A stretch of 64,000 bases of DNA from Obrimoposthia wandeli (GCA_977020255.1 CDROCS010004962.1:62001-126000), one strand, 5' to 3'; numbered from the stretch's first letter, positions 1 to 9,603 are shown. Notes: generated by a model from the sequence alone, not told the origin. Numbers and translations: made by a program.

Positions 1-3000
1 CATTAATCAAGAATCAAGAATGTCAATTTTCAATAACGTCGATTTGGATAAAGAAATGGAGGTTCAACTATATGGTGATCTCTCTCCAGTACAGCTGCAA
101 ACGCCACCACCGGCGCAGAACATTGACTTACTTTAGTCAAGACTCGACGGTGGTGAGCGAATGAGACGAAGGAGAAGCAGCAGCAAGAGCCGAGCTGTTG
201 CTAGAAGAACCGCCATTGGCCAGCTCAACTCCTAGAGAAGAACTAATGAGCGTGAGAGGTGGGGTACAGAGATCCCAATATATCTACGACTAAGATTGAG
301 ACCCGGACCTACGTAAAGTATGGGGCCTTTGAAAAATTGATTGCGTTCACATTAATAAATGTTTGATAATAATAAAATATAATAATAATAATAATAACAA
401 ATACAATACTGATATCCCAGTTGATGTAACAGATGAAGAAACTTTTAAAAATCCTTTTGTAGATGTAATTTATAGGAGCAAAAATGAGGGGACTCAGGTC
501 AACTTAATTTTTACTCAAACAATAATAAAAAATTTCACTATGCTGCAATTCCCAATCGTCTCAAATTTAGATAATGGAGCCTTCCCGGTTAGGATAAGGT
601 GTAAGTGGTATCATAGATGTTTGCATGGATTCCGATCCGAGCTCTCTTACAGCAAACATCTGACATTATGTTCACTGAATCCTGATGACAATACGCTATA
701 CAGCAGGTCTAAGGATAAGGATTTAAAATTCAGGGATTGGGCAAAATGCAAAATGCAATTTTAGCATTGTACGACCAGTATGAGAGTATTCACCTACCGG
801 CTTCGGCAAAACTACTATTCTTAGTCCCCAATATTACACAGTATCATAAATTTTCCGGTCCAAATTGTATTTTAGATTTTATGTTAAAATAAGAAGAATT
901 AGGAACAACAATTGTCAAACCGTGTTATGATCTTAATGCTCATCAAGCAATGATCATGACAGGCATAGACTGGGTTAATTTTAATTCTTGTAGATTATGT
1001 TATTTGTGTGGAACCCAGTCTAAGTTAGTCAGAGATCACAATCATGTTATGGGGCGATACCTGGGAGCCGCGTGCAACCTCTGTAACCTTGGTCGTCGTC
1101 TCCCTAAAAAACCACGAATTCCCATCGTGTTTCATAACCTCAAAGGATATGATTTGCATCATATACTTAAATATGCGTTGGGTACATTAAACTCTTGGGA
1201 AATTTCATGTATACCTCAAACTTCAGAGAAATATTTATCTTTAACTGCATATACTGAATTCTGTAGTTTGAGATTCATAGATTCTCTGCAGTTTTTGAGC
1301 GGGTCTTTAAAAAATTAAACGGCATCTTTAAATGCATGGCCAATCACACAGTCAGTGTTCTCAGCTTCGGTTAACGATATGGGTATTTTTCCGTATAAAT
1401 TTGCAAAAACCTTTGCAGATTTAGAAAATACTACAGAAATCCCACCCATAACTGAATTTGAGGGTGTAAGTCTTCAAGACTATAATGAGGCCCGTACATT
1501 TTGGGCGAATAATTGTCGAAATCTTCTAGAATATATGCTTTATTATATGAAGTTAGACATTTATCTTTTAGCTGATGTGTTTGAGTCCTTTCCTGTAAAA
1601 TCTTTAGCAGAAGATGGGCTAGATCCCATGCATTTCTTTAGTTTACCTGGTCTTTCATGGGCAACAGCATTAAACTCTTAAAATTAATATAGAGTTACTG
1701 CAAGATCCCGCGATGTATCAAATGTATGATTATGCGCGGTGGAATGACTTTTGTCAACAAACATCATCTTGTCAAAAATCAATCCACGGAGATTCTGTAC
1801 ATCGACATCAATAATTTGTATGGGTGGGCGCTTACTCAACCTCTACCTCATGCCAACTTTAAGTGGGTTTATGATGAGGAAGAGTTGAATAAGTTGATGA
1901 CAGATTTGGCTACTGTTGATACAGTTTCATCAGACATCGGCTATTTGGTTGAGGTTGACTTAACAATCCCTTCCAATGTGCATGATAAATTAGATGATCT
2001 CCCAGTAGCACCTGTTCATCAATGCCCACCTAATTCAAAGGTTAAGCAATTATTGTTAACCCATGAAGACAAGTTGAATTATGTTGTGCATTGGCGGATT
2101 CTTCAATTCTACTTAAAGTTTGGAGCGAAAGTTATCCGAATTCATCGTGCTATAAGCTTCAGTCAAAACTTTGTGTTTAAAGACTATATTGAGAAGAATT
2201 CTAGAAAACGTAATTTGGCCACTAGCAAATTTTATCGGGATTTTTACAAGTTAAAAAGTAATAGTCTCTTTGGAAAAACTGTAGAGGACTTGCGGAAACG
2301 TATTTATCTACGGTTTTGCAATGATGAGCGTAAACTAATAACATATACTAGCAAGTACAACTTCAAGCGTAGTTTTACAATTGCAGATGATTTGGTAGCA
2401 GTGTTATTAGGAAAACAGAGTATTTGTCTCGATCGACCGAGTTATATAGGTCAAACGGTTTTAGACATTTCTAAACTCAGAATGTACGAGCTTCAATACA
2501 TAGAATTAGAGAAATATCGAAGAGAATTTAATTGTGAGATTAAAATCGCAGCTGGGGACACTGACTCTTTCTTTTTAGAATGTAGGAATGTTAGTTTAGA
2601 TAATCAATTATTACCGGCAATGTTTAGGGACAACTTATTAGATACCCAAAAATATCCCGCTAACCATTCTCTACATTCTATGAGTTTAAAGGATATTATC
2701 GGGAAATTTAAGGATGAAAGCGAGGGACAGGTTTCGTATGACGATTGTATTTTCCTACGCCCTAAATGCTACAGTTTACATGCATCTAATAATACATGTT
2801 CAATGAGAGCAAAGGGTGTGGGAAGAAACAATCTTGTTGGGAATATTTTATAGCTGTTTATTTTGGAAAAATAAAAAAATATATATATATAAAAAATTTA
2901 AAAAAAAATAAAAATAAGAATTAATTAATTAAAGAATTAATTAAGAACTTTCCTTAATTAGGGAAAATTTCTATTTAGAAAATATGCATTTTGGCATTTT

Positions 3001-3016
3001 AGTTTAGAGTGGTCAA

Positions 3017-3066
3017 TCTCCGACGGGTAAAAAGCCCGTTTCGCCCTGCCGGGCTCATCAGGGAGA
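3017..3066 (-). ncRNA. Type I hammerhead ribozyme
   Basis: Minus strand: UCUCC CUGAUGA GCCC ggca GGGC GAA ACGGG cuuuuua CCCGU C GGAGA. All core nucleotides are present, stems I/II/III pair perfectly (5/4/5 bp), and the cleavage triplet is GUC (cut between 3022 and 3021). Confidence 0.92.
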
Positions 3067-3070
3067 TGGC

Positions 3071-3118
3071 TTGTTATCTCTAACTTCGCGGTGGATTCCG
3101 CGAAGCCAGAGATAACAA
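3071..3118. other. Stem-loop immediately 5' of the hammerhead (minus strand)
   Basis: TTGTTATCTCT/AGAGATAACAA plus CTTCGCGG/CCGCGAAG arms, 6-nt loop; a shortened version sits next to the 32.1 kb copy. Confidence 0.75.
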
Positions 3119-3551
3119 TAATAAAAAGCCAGGGAAAAGAGGGAAAAATTCCCCCTTTCATGTGCCGACGAATATCGTCGACATGTGATGTTGGTGTGCG
3201 CAAGTACACATTTCAACACACACACACTCACACAGCAGACATCACTCAACTCACTCACTCTCACTACTCACTCAATCGCTCACTCAATCCCTTGTTCACT
3301 CACTCTCCCTACTCACTCACTCACCTATCCATTGTGCACATGTGTGTGTGTTTAATTTGAAATTTTCCGCCTGCCCAGAGTTCGACAGGCGGTGAAATTT
3401 CCCGGCTGCACATGTGAGTGTGTGCAGAGCCGGGAAATATCGGTTCTTTTCCGATCCTGCCCTGTCTGTGTGTGCGAGATAAAGGGCAAAGCCACAGAAT
3501 CCCCTCTCTCTCACCTGCCCAATTCTGGAATTGCCGGTGTAATAAAATTGC

Positions 3552-3582
3552 TATAAATAGCAACAGTTTTTGGAATTTCAGT
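3552..3582 (+). promoter_or_regulatory. TATA box plus initiator of the LTR
   Basis: TATAAATA at 3552 followed by TCAGT with the A at 3580, 28 nt downstream (canonical spacing). Confidence 0.55.
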
Positions 3583-3685
3583 AAAACAAAAATCCAATCA
3601 CAGTTCAGTATCTGAAGAATTTACATTATTACTATAAATAGATAAATTAGAGGAGTTTCGTTTTGGTTGGCAGAAAATATATCGA

Positions 3686-4005
3686 CTGATTTACTTTTCA
3701 GACTATTTGGAAACAGTTTCAATTGATTTACTCAGACTATTTGGAAACAGCTTCAATTGATTTACTTTTCAGACTATTTGGAAACAGTTTCAATTGATTT
3801 ACTCAGACTATTTGGAAACAGCTTCAATTGATTTACTTTTCAGAAATATTCAGACTATTTGGAAACAGTTTCAATTGATTTACTCAGACTATTTGGCAAC
3901 AGCTTCAATTGATTTACTTTTCAGACTATTTGGAAACAGTTTCAATTGATTTACTCAGACTATTTGGAAACAGCTTCAATTGATTTACTCAGACTATTTG
4001 GAAAA
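3686..4005. repeat. Tandem array of mostly alternating 37- and 34-bp units inside the LTR
   Basis: AATTGATTTACTTTTCAGACTATTTGGAAACAGTTTC alternates with AATTGATTTACTCAGACTATTTGGAAACAGCTTC, about 9 units. Confidence 0.95.
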
Positions 4006-4499
4006 CAAATTAGAGAGAATTTTTGAATATATTATTATTGGAGACAATTTTCATTTTTCCCACCTAACAATCTTACACATGAGGCATACCGGAAAGTTTA
4101 TGATACTGGGTGTATTGAAAGCGTTGGGCAAACTAGATTTATTTCAAGAGCCCATCAACTGTATTCCCATAAATCAACCAAAATCGCTTTTGGGTAGAAA
4201 AGAACGCTAGCCTGGCTTATGGACACTTCAGAATTTAAACAATTTTCATTTTTTGATTTTTTAGTTTAGTTTTTAAAATTTTAGATCCCTATGGCACCTT
4301 GACTCTAACTTTTTGTTATTTCAATATATTTTTTAGGTTGGGCCTTATCTTTGCTGACAGATCTCATTGTCATGTTGTTTTTAATAAATGTATTAAAAAA
4401 TATTCGTCTTATGTCTTTTATTATTTTACCCTTATATTTTTTAGGGATTTAAAAAAATAATTCAAAATAAAACATTAAAAATATTTATTTTTATAACAC

Positions 4500-4880
4500 A
4501 CTAATCGTTTTCCAACGATTACCATAAAATACATAAATGTCCACAGTTTCTCGTCGCAGGATCCTGATATTGTATCTTGTTGTAAAATACTCTTCTTCGT
4601 CCTTTTTGAATAGTTGAAACAAGTTTGTGAGGATAATACATTCCAAGTGGATCAAATACATGTATTTTCCACTCTTTAACATAAATAGCTATCCAATATT
4701 CTCCCAGTAAATTCGAAGTATGAGTATTGATAATGTAACCTTCAGATTGAAAAAATGGGATCATATCAATTGAATAAACTCCATTGAATTTATCTCCCAG
4801 GACCTTCTCTGCTGATTCTTGTACTTGTAATGAACTAAATAAAATTAATAAATATAAATTTTAAAAATGTCTTACTTCAA
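4500..4880 (-). pseudogene. Adenain-type (C5-like) cysteine protease of element A, spliced; catalytic His replaced by Tyr
   Basis: KFNGVYSID..P....GYIINT....GEYW (normally GEHW), FDPLG, QYQ....NCG.LC. Predicted 41-nt intron 4835-4875 (GTAAG..TTTAG) after a 5-nt first exon TTGAA. Confidence 0.85.
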
Positions 4881-4881
4881 T

Positions 4882-5450
4882 CTATAATATGACAGTTCTG
4901 TTTTTATTGATTTGTATTTCCGAATCAAACACTCCGTAAATAAGCACCGTAGTAGGATGTGTTAAAGCTGCATTGAACTTAATTTCTAGTCATAAATTTC
5001 CATCCTTTCATAGTTGGCATTGGTTTATATCAAAGTCTGGTGCCAAACAAATGTGAAGAACGGGCAGCTACTTTTAAACTCAGTGAAAGAAATACCATTG
5101 TTTATATTTTTATCTAGTTGGCCCAAATTCCGAATAATAGATTGCGTATAAGCCAAAGCATAAACGTTACCTTCCAAATCTGTTTTATATGTTTCGCGAT
5201 AATCAGTATTTCTTGAAAGTGTCACTGAACCTACATTAAGATTGTCAAATTGAGTTGCATCTGTCGTATAATTTCCTAGATACTTTGCAGTTTTTTGAAA
5301 AGAAATTAAAATGAATTTCGGTAATCTTACATCACCAAAAATTTGATCCTTATTAAAAGCTTGTGTATCCGTACCTAAAGAATAGAATATAAGTTTAGTT
5401 TCTCTAATAGGATAACAAGCATTGTTTTTTTCCATTCCTATATTACGATT
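4882..5450 (-). pseudogene. Major capsid protein (PY), C-terminal half, element A
   Basis: NACYPIR..K...SL, IFG..RLPKFILISF, F....VGSVTL, YTQS..RNLG....NNGISF..FK...FFTF, LIYGVFDSEIQI; aligns by eye with the element B MCP. The N-terminal half is missing at the RT junction. Confidence 0.9.
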
Positions 5451-5476
5451 TTAGCGATGTCGATTTAGATGGAAGG

Positions 5477-6784
5477 ATGCATATGTTGGCTACAAAAGGC
5501 TATGCGCCTTTTGCCTCCATTAAAGCCTCCAGGCAAAGGAAGAGAGTCAATGTTAATCAAGATGAGAAGCAACACATCGATGCATGCGTTCAAGCTCTTT
5601 TTCAGGCAGGTATCATTGAGAAATATACTAAAGGCCCCTTTTGCTCTCAAGTAAGAATGGTGCCCAAAGCCAACTCAGAATTACGGCGTCTTATAGTAGA
5701 TTTTAAACATCTAACGCCACATTTGCCTCAGCTGCATATGAAAATTCCGAATTTAGCCAACAGGCTCAAAAGTATCCCAGCTAATAGACTAGCAATTAGA
5801 ATTGACCTCAAGGGAGCTTTTTATCAAGTCAAGATACGTCAAGCTGCAAGACATCTGACAAATTTTTGGAATACCGAATGTTACTACCGTTTTACACGGT
5901 TGCCCATGGGTCTTCGCCAAAGCCCAGCAATCTTGCAATGGGCCATAACCAGAATCCTCGGACAATTGAAGACAAAGTGGCAAGTGGATTTAGCCCAAGT
6001 TCATATTGATGACATCTTGATCATCGCAATGCCCAATGCCAAAGTTTGGAATGAGATAAAGACTTTCTTCGAAGGATGGGGCCTCCAAATTAATTGGAAG
6101 AAGTCACAACTACAGCCAGTATCCAAGATCGAGTATTGCGGCATGTTTATTGACATACAACGCCAGGAGGTGAGTGTCAGTGACACCAAGTGGAACACCG
6201 CCAATGACATCATCGAAAAAGGTCAGTACTCAGATGACGCAATAGGTTTTTTAAATTACATAAGTTGTGTTTTACATTGGCCATATGTGGCAAACTATGT
6301 TAATCCGAGCCTCAGGAAACTATGCTACTACACATTAAAGAAGTATGCCTCTACTTGGAGTTGGAGAAACAAAAGCGGGCTCATCTGGGCCACGGATGTG
6401 ACCAAGACAACTATCGCAGTTACAAAGGCCAAACCGCTGGAAATCGCGCTCACAGCGAAACTAAAAGAAGAAAACATCTATCTTCAAGAGGCCAGAGCGG
6501 TGCTGATGGCTATGTGGAAGGCGAGTCGAGGAGATACAATTCTCTGCGACAATCTAGCCTTGGTTTGGAGCATCAGGAATAGGCGAATACCAGCGCAAGT
6601 GGAGCATTGGTGGACGCTTATCGCGGTGCAACTGCTCGCCGTTATCAAACAAATCACAGTACAATTCATCCGTACTCAGTATAATCCAGCTGACGCTCCA
6701 ACCAGATCTGCAGAGACCCAAGCCAAGAAGGAAGAAGATTGGGGAGTGTTACTATCTCTAACCATGCATCAAGCAATAACATGA
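5477..6784 (+). CDS. Reverse transcriptase-RNase H (DIRS/hepadnavirus-like), intact 435-aa ORF
   Basis: RT: VPK....RRLIVDF..L, IDLKGAFYQV, FTRLPMGLRQSP, VHIDDILI, GLQIN.KKS.L.P...IEYCG..ID. RNase H: WATDVT, LQEARAV, LCDNLA, YNPADAPTR. No gag, protease, integrase or tyrosine recombinase nearby. Confidence 0.92.
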   Translation: MHMLATKGYAPFASIKASRQRKRVNVNQDEKQHIDACVQALFQAGIIEKYTKGPFCSQVRMVPKANSELRRLIVDFKHLTPHLPQLHMKIPNLANRLKSIPANRLAIRIDLKGAFYQVKIRQAARHLTNFWNTECYYRFTRLPMGLRQSPAILQWAITRILGQLKTKWQVDLAQVHIDDILIIAMPNAKVWNEIKTFFEGWGLQINWKKSQLQPVSKIEYCGMFIDIQRQEVSVSDTKWNTANDIIEKGQYSDDAIGFLNYISCVLHWPYVANYVNPSLRKLCYYTLKKYASTWSWRNKSGLIWATDVTKTTIAVTKAKPLEIALTAKLKEENIYLQEARAVLMAMWKASRGDTILCDNLALVWSIRNRRIPAQVEHWWTLIAVQLLAVIKQITVQFIRTQYNPADAPTRSAETQAKKEEDWGVLLSLTMHQAIT

Positions 6785-6874
6785 TCCTTCTGTCCTTTTG
6801 TGTATAAAGTTTTTATGGCTTAAAATTTTTGTGTCTATGTCTCTGTCGCTTACTCAGTCACATCACTTCTAGCC

Positions 6875-7008
6875 TACCACCTTTGGGTTCCAGGCGTGAT
6901 GTGATTGGGTGGCATTTATTATATAAGCTGGCACAAAAATACAATCAGTGCCAGTCTTATATAATAAATGCCACCCAATCACATCACGCCTGGAACCCGA
7001 AGGTGGTA
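6875..7008. repeat. Near-perfect inverted repeat (60-bp stem, 13-nt loop)
   Basis: Arm 6875-6934 is the reverse complement of 6948-7008 apart from one bulged T and one T/G pair; loop AAAAATACAATCA. Confidence 0.97.
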
Positions 7009-7208
7009 TCTAGAAGAGTTTTTCTATATTTCTTTAATATATTTTTCCGTTTTCCAATTTTTACTCGACCCAAAACTATATTATACAAAACTTCCAATAA
7101 ATCGTCTACAACAAAAGATGGAAATGCTTTAAGAATAATCATTCTCTTATGAGAAGAGGCTTTGACTAAAGCTTTAAAATAGGGTATGCTTCTTTGTATT
7201 TTCTTCAT
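6984..7208 (-). pseudogene. Small conserved Polinton-type protein, C-terminus disrupted at the hairpin
   Basis: IL..FP.FVVDDL.EVLYN...G.V.IG.RK..LKKY.K.LL pattern, as I recall from small basic Polinton/adintovirus ORFs; natural C-terminus not reached. Confidence 0.55.
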
Positions 7209-7234
7209 TTTAATAAAAAGGTTTAATTTGAATA

Positions 7235-7243
7235 TTGTTTATA
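7235..7243 (-). promoter_or_regulatory. TATAAACAA motif
   Basis: 26 nt upstream of the ATG at 7208; overlaps the TAA of the upstream small ORF. Confidence 0.65.
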
Positions 7244-7376
7244 TTCGAAGCCATTTAAGTTTTTTTTATTTCTAACTACAGATTTGATTAATATTTTCAC
7301 CTCTTTTTTCTTTATGATTTTTTTTTGATTTCTTAGGCTTTGCTTTAAGTTTTACTATCAACTTCGTAAAAGGCAT
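7239..7376 (-). pseudogene. Short lysine-rich ORF downstream of the ATPase
   Basis: MPFTKLIVKLKAKPKKSKK..., probable frameshift in an A-run, ending W-L-R-I-TAA. Confidence 0.4.
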
Positions 7377-7383
7377 TGTAAAT

Positions 7384-8030
7384 TTATCTTTTATAATTGT
7401 TCTCTATTTGTTTATAAACAGTTACTCCCTTAGAATTAAATATGTCGGTTAAAACACGTAAATCATCTGGGCAAGCTTGTGTAAAGTCAATAAATATATA
7501 CCCATGTGCTTGTTTAGCAGCATCATGGAATGAATCAACTAGAAAGTTCTTATTTTGAGGAAATGCCTGTCTGGCCACGAAATCTACAACTGTTTGATGT
7601 CTAGGATTTTTAAATAAAACTAAGTAATGTACATTAAGATTTCTAGTTCTATGGTGACCTCCTTGGTGAAATAGATTTTGAGTGATAAATATAACTGTTA
7701 TTTCACGATGTCTTGCAATCTTTGTAAATAAATTATTAAAGTCCGATTCCTTGTTAGCCTCCTCATACAAATCATCAATTATTATTACATCTTCTTTTTT
7801 CAATCTTTCACACCAATTTGCATCAAATCCTTCAATAAATTGTATTCCCTTCAACTTGCAAACTTCTGTTTTGGTTAATCCGCTTTCCGCTCCTCCACCA
7901 TGATGCAATAAATATTTTTGAAACTAGATTTGAAAATAGATTCATTTTTCAACAATTTACATACGAAATGTGTCTTTCCACTTCCACTGGGACCAACTAT
8001 TTGAAATACAGCATTATTATTTAGCTCCAT
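7384..8030 (-). pseudogene. A32/FtsK-like packaging ATPase (one frameshift near 7910)
   Basis: Walker A VGPSGSGKT (upstream of the tracked ORF, other frame), Walker B IIIDDL, LFTKIARH..ITVIFITQN, RNLNVHYLVLFKNPR. Confidence 0.93.
7408..7416 (-). promoter_or_regulatory. TATAAACAA motif
   Basis: Inside the ATPase 3' end, 31 nt upstream of the ATG at 7376. Confidence 0.55.
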
Positions 8031-8055
8031 TGCATATACTCTTTCATTTTTAATA

Positions 8056-8064
8056 TTGTTTATA
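8056..8064 (-). promoter_or_regulatory. TATAAACAA motif
   Basis: 25 nt upstream of the ATPase ATG at 8030. Confidence 0.65.
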
Positions 8065-8067
8065 TTA

Positions 8068-8340
8068 TCATAGAAGTTTCCTTATTGAAATGTACAATGT
8101 TAGTGCTATTGTAGATGAAATACAAAAATTAATTGATGAATATTTGGCTATAATTTTATTTATTTGTGTACGATTTCTAAATTCTCGAATAACGTGTGAT
8201 CTAACCAATATTTCAATGTTATCTCTTGTTATATCATTATTTTTTAATTCTGATAAAATTTCTTTACCCCTAATTTTCCCAGAAAATATTTCGTCGGAAA
8301 GACGATCCACTTCATTGTCTGTATTTATAGTATTATTCAT
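8068..8340 (-). CDS. Unknown small protein with hydrophobic C-terminal tail
   Basis: Open frame from the ATG at 8340, ending FCISSTIALTLYISIRKLL; preceded by the TATAAACAA motif. Confidence 0.5.
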   Translation of the reverse strand: MNNTINTDNEVDRLSDEIFSGKIRGKEILSELKNNDITRDNIEILVRSHVIREFRNRTQINKIIAKYSSINFCISSTIALTLYISIRKLL

Positions 8341-8364
8341 TTGAAACAATAAGTTTAAACGGGT

Positions 8365-8373
8365 TTGTTTATA
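8365..8373 (-). promoter_or_regulatory. TATAAACAA motif
   Basis: Overlaps the stop codon of TBP-like A; 24 nt upstream of the ATG at 8340. Confidence 0.65.
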
Positions 8374-8871
8374 GAAAAGATAACAAGATGTAATAAGATA
8401 TATTTTCTAAAATCAAATCAACAATGTCTGGATAATCAAAATTTTTCAATCCCAATATCATAACTTTACTACTGGAAAATATATTTACACATAGCGGTTT
8501 AAACTTCAAATAACTGAGATCAGGAAAAATTTCTGGTTCAAACATGCATTCTTCTTTCATTTTCTCTGCAGTTTTAAAAAGATTTATCTGTTTCCCGAGA
8601 TTGGCCGAAATTGTGATAGATTCTATTTCAGTGATTCGAATTCCAAATGGTAAATTGAACCCAAGCATTGGTATTTTGCATCCCATAACACGACAATTTC
8701 CTAAAAGAATTCAATATGAAAATAAAATTAAAAAAACTAACCTTTAGGAAAAATAACCACTGTGAAATTGTCAAATATTTCCACATATTGTGTCGGCTTC
8801 CATTCCTTGAATGGTAAGTACGAAACATCATCTTCTGTTCTACCTTTATAATTTATATTTACGAGTTTCAT
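8369..8871 (-). CDS. TATA-binding-protein-like factor, copy A (153 aa after splicing)
   Basis: Exon 1 8871-8742 (MKLVNINYKG...VVIFPKG), 41-nt GT-AG intron 8741-8701, exon 2 8700-8369 (NCRVMGCK...MFEPEIFPDL...CVNIFSSSKVMILG). The total of 462 nt is an intact frame. Matches TBP repeats LIF.SGK...TG and YEPELFPGL...LIFVSGKVVLTG. Confidence 0.85.
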
Positions 8872-9120
8872 TAGGCTAAAATTGTATTCTGTAAAATGTT
8901 CTTTATATATGTCTGAACCTGCTTTTTTATTGCACGTTTCTTGTAATTATCTTGCAAACCTATTATAATTGGATGATATATTTCTTCCAATCAAATTTGA
9001 TTTTTAATATGGATTTAATCCAATCAAATTCAATGCTTTAGTTATATTAACCAATGAGATTCATGTCTTTGTTAGAAATTAGTATAAAAGAATGCGCCAT
9101 TGGAGGACAAATCACAGTAA
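8872..9120. promoter_or_regulatory. Bidirectional host-type promoter (CCAAT cluster plus two TATA boxes)
   Basis: TATATAAAG on minus (8901-8909), TATAAAAG on plus (9083-9090), four CCAAT boxes 8968-9055; CCAATGAGA and CCAATCA recur in element B at 14765-14785. Confidence 0.6.
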
Positions 9121-9603
9121 ATGCATTCATATCAAAGACAATTATCAACGATGGAGGATAGCCAACGGATATTAAGCGGTGACGAATATTCGGAAATGTT
9201 TGAAGAATCGGATAAGGATATGTATGAAGAAATGAAACAATATTTCAAATACAAATTCAGATTCTTGAAGAAGGCTCAACTGATTGCTTTAGTAAATCCT
9301 GTGACAATTGAAAGAAGAAAGTTCAGCTACTATCTATCAAATATTCAAAAACCAGATTTTCAATATCTTAAACAGAAAGTTGAAAAGGCAGTTCCGAATT
9401 TTACTTTCAATAAGAACAAATTTTATATCCGAGGACCCGATGAAGCATTTCTAGATAACTATGGAAAATATGTTGATATTGATGCATTTCCGAAAAAGAA
9501 GCAATGGACTGTAACAATTCGGCTTTATGGTTACAAGAAAGATGAAATGGGAACAAAGTTGCATATGTGGAAAGTTGAACGTGCTCATAATTCTATGTTT
9601 TAA
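9121..9603 (+). CDS. Conserved hypothetical protein U1, copy A
   Basis: Intact 160-aa ORF; shares YF.Y...FLK, F.Y..S.I...D and FPK.K.W...I...G.K.D..G.....W....H with 14840-15349. Confidence 0.8.
   Translation: MHSYQRQLSTMEDSQRILSGDEYSEMFEESDKDMYEEMKQYFKYKFRFLKKAQLIALVNPVTIERRKFSYYLSNIQKPDFQYLKQKVEKAVPNFTFNKNKFYIRGPDEAFLDNYGKYVDIDAFPKKKQWTVTIRLYGYKKDEMGTKLHMWKVERAHNSMF

Larger units (their letters stand above)
2835..4069 (+). mobile_element. Solo LTR (Ty3/Gypsy-type), 1235 bp, inserted in polB
   Basis: Starts TGTTGGG and ends CCTAACA, with 4-bp TSD ATCT (2831-2834 / 4070-4073). Removing it restores the polB frame (GRNNL-THEAY). Strand is inferred from the TATA/Inr. Confidence 0.9.
363..4238 (+). 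pseudogene. polB: Protein-primed family B DNA polymerase (pPolB), frameshifted and split by a solo LTR
   Basis: ORF pieces carry RCLHGF..S..HL..C, the endonuclease-VII-like VRDHNH..G.Y.GAACN.CN insert, exonuclease FHNLKGYD / RFIDSLQF / DIYLLADVFE, motif A YIDINNLYG, motif B KLKSNSLFGK, motif C GDTDS, FKDE, LRPKCY and RAKGV. The C-terminus (LTHEAYRKVY...SLAYGHFRI*) resumes at 4070 after the LTR. Confidence 0.95.

Noticed and set aside
2958-3615. Small overlapping ORFs inside the LTR
   Set aside because: Shadow ORFs over CA/CT-rich non-coding LTR sequence, with no domain motifs.
3686-4005. CRISPR-like appearance of the 34/37-bp array (also 18577-18955 and 15595-16075)
   Set aside because: Units are contiguous with no unique spacers, there are no cas genes, and the context is eukaryotic.
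4880-4925. TATAAACAA-type motif upstream of the protease genes
   Set aside because: Only loose variants (AATAAAAACAG in A, TAAAGACAAA in B) at inconsistent spacing; not counted.
5465-6669. Short ORFs overlapping the RT on both strands
   Set aside because: Alternative or antisense frames of a GC-richer CDS; no independent signatures, so no hepadna-like overlapping surface gene is supported.
6829-7152. 107-aa plus-strand ORF across the hairpin
   Set aside because: Spans a junction and palindrome and is antisense to a real Polinton ORF.
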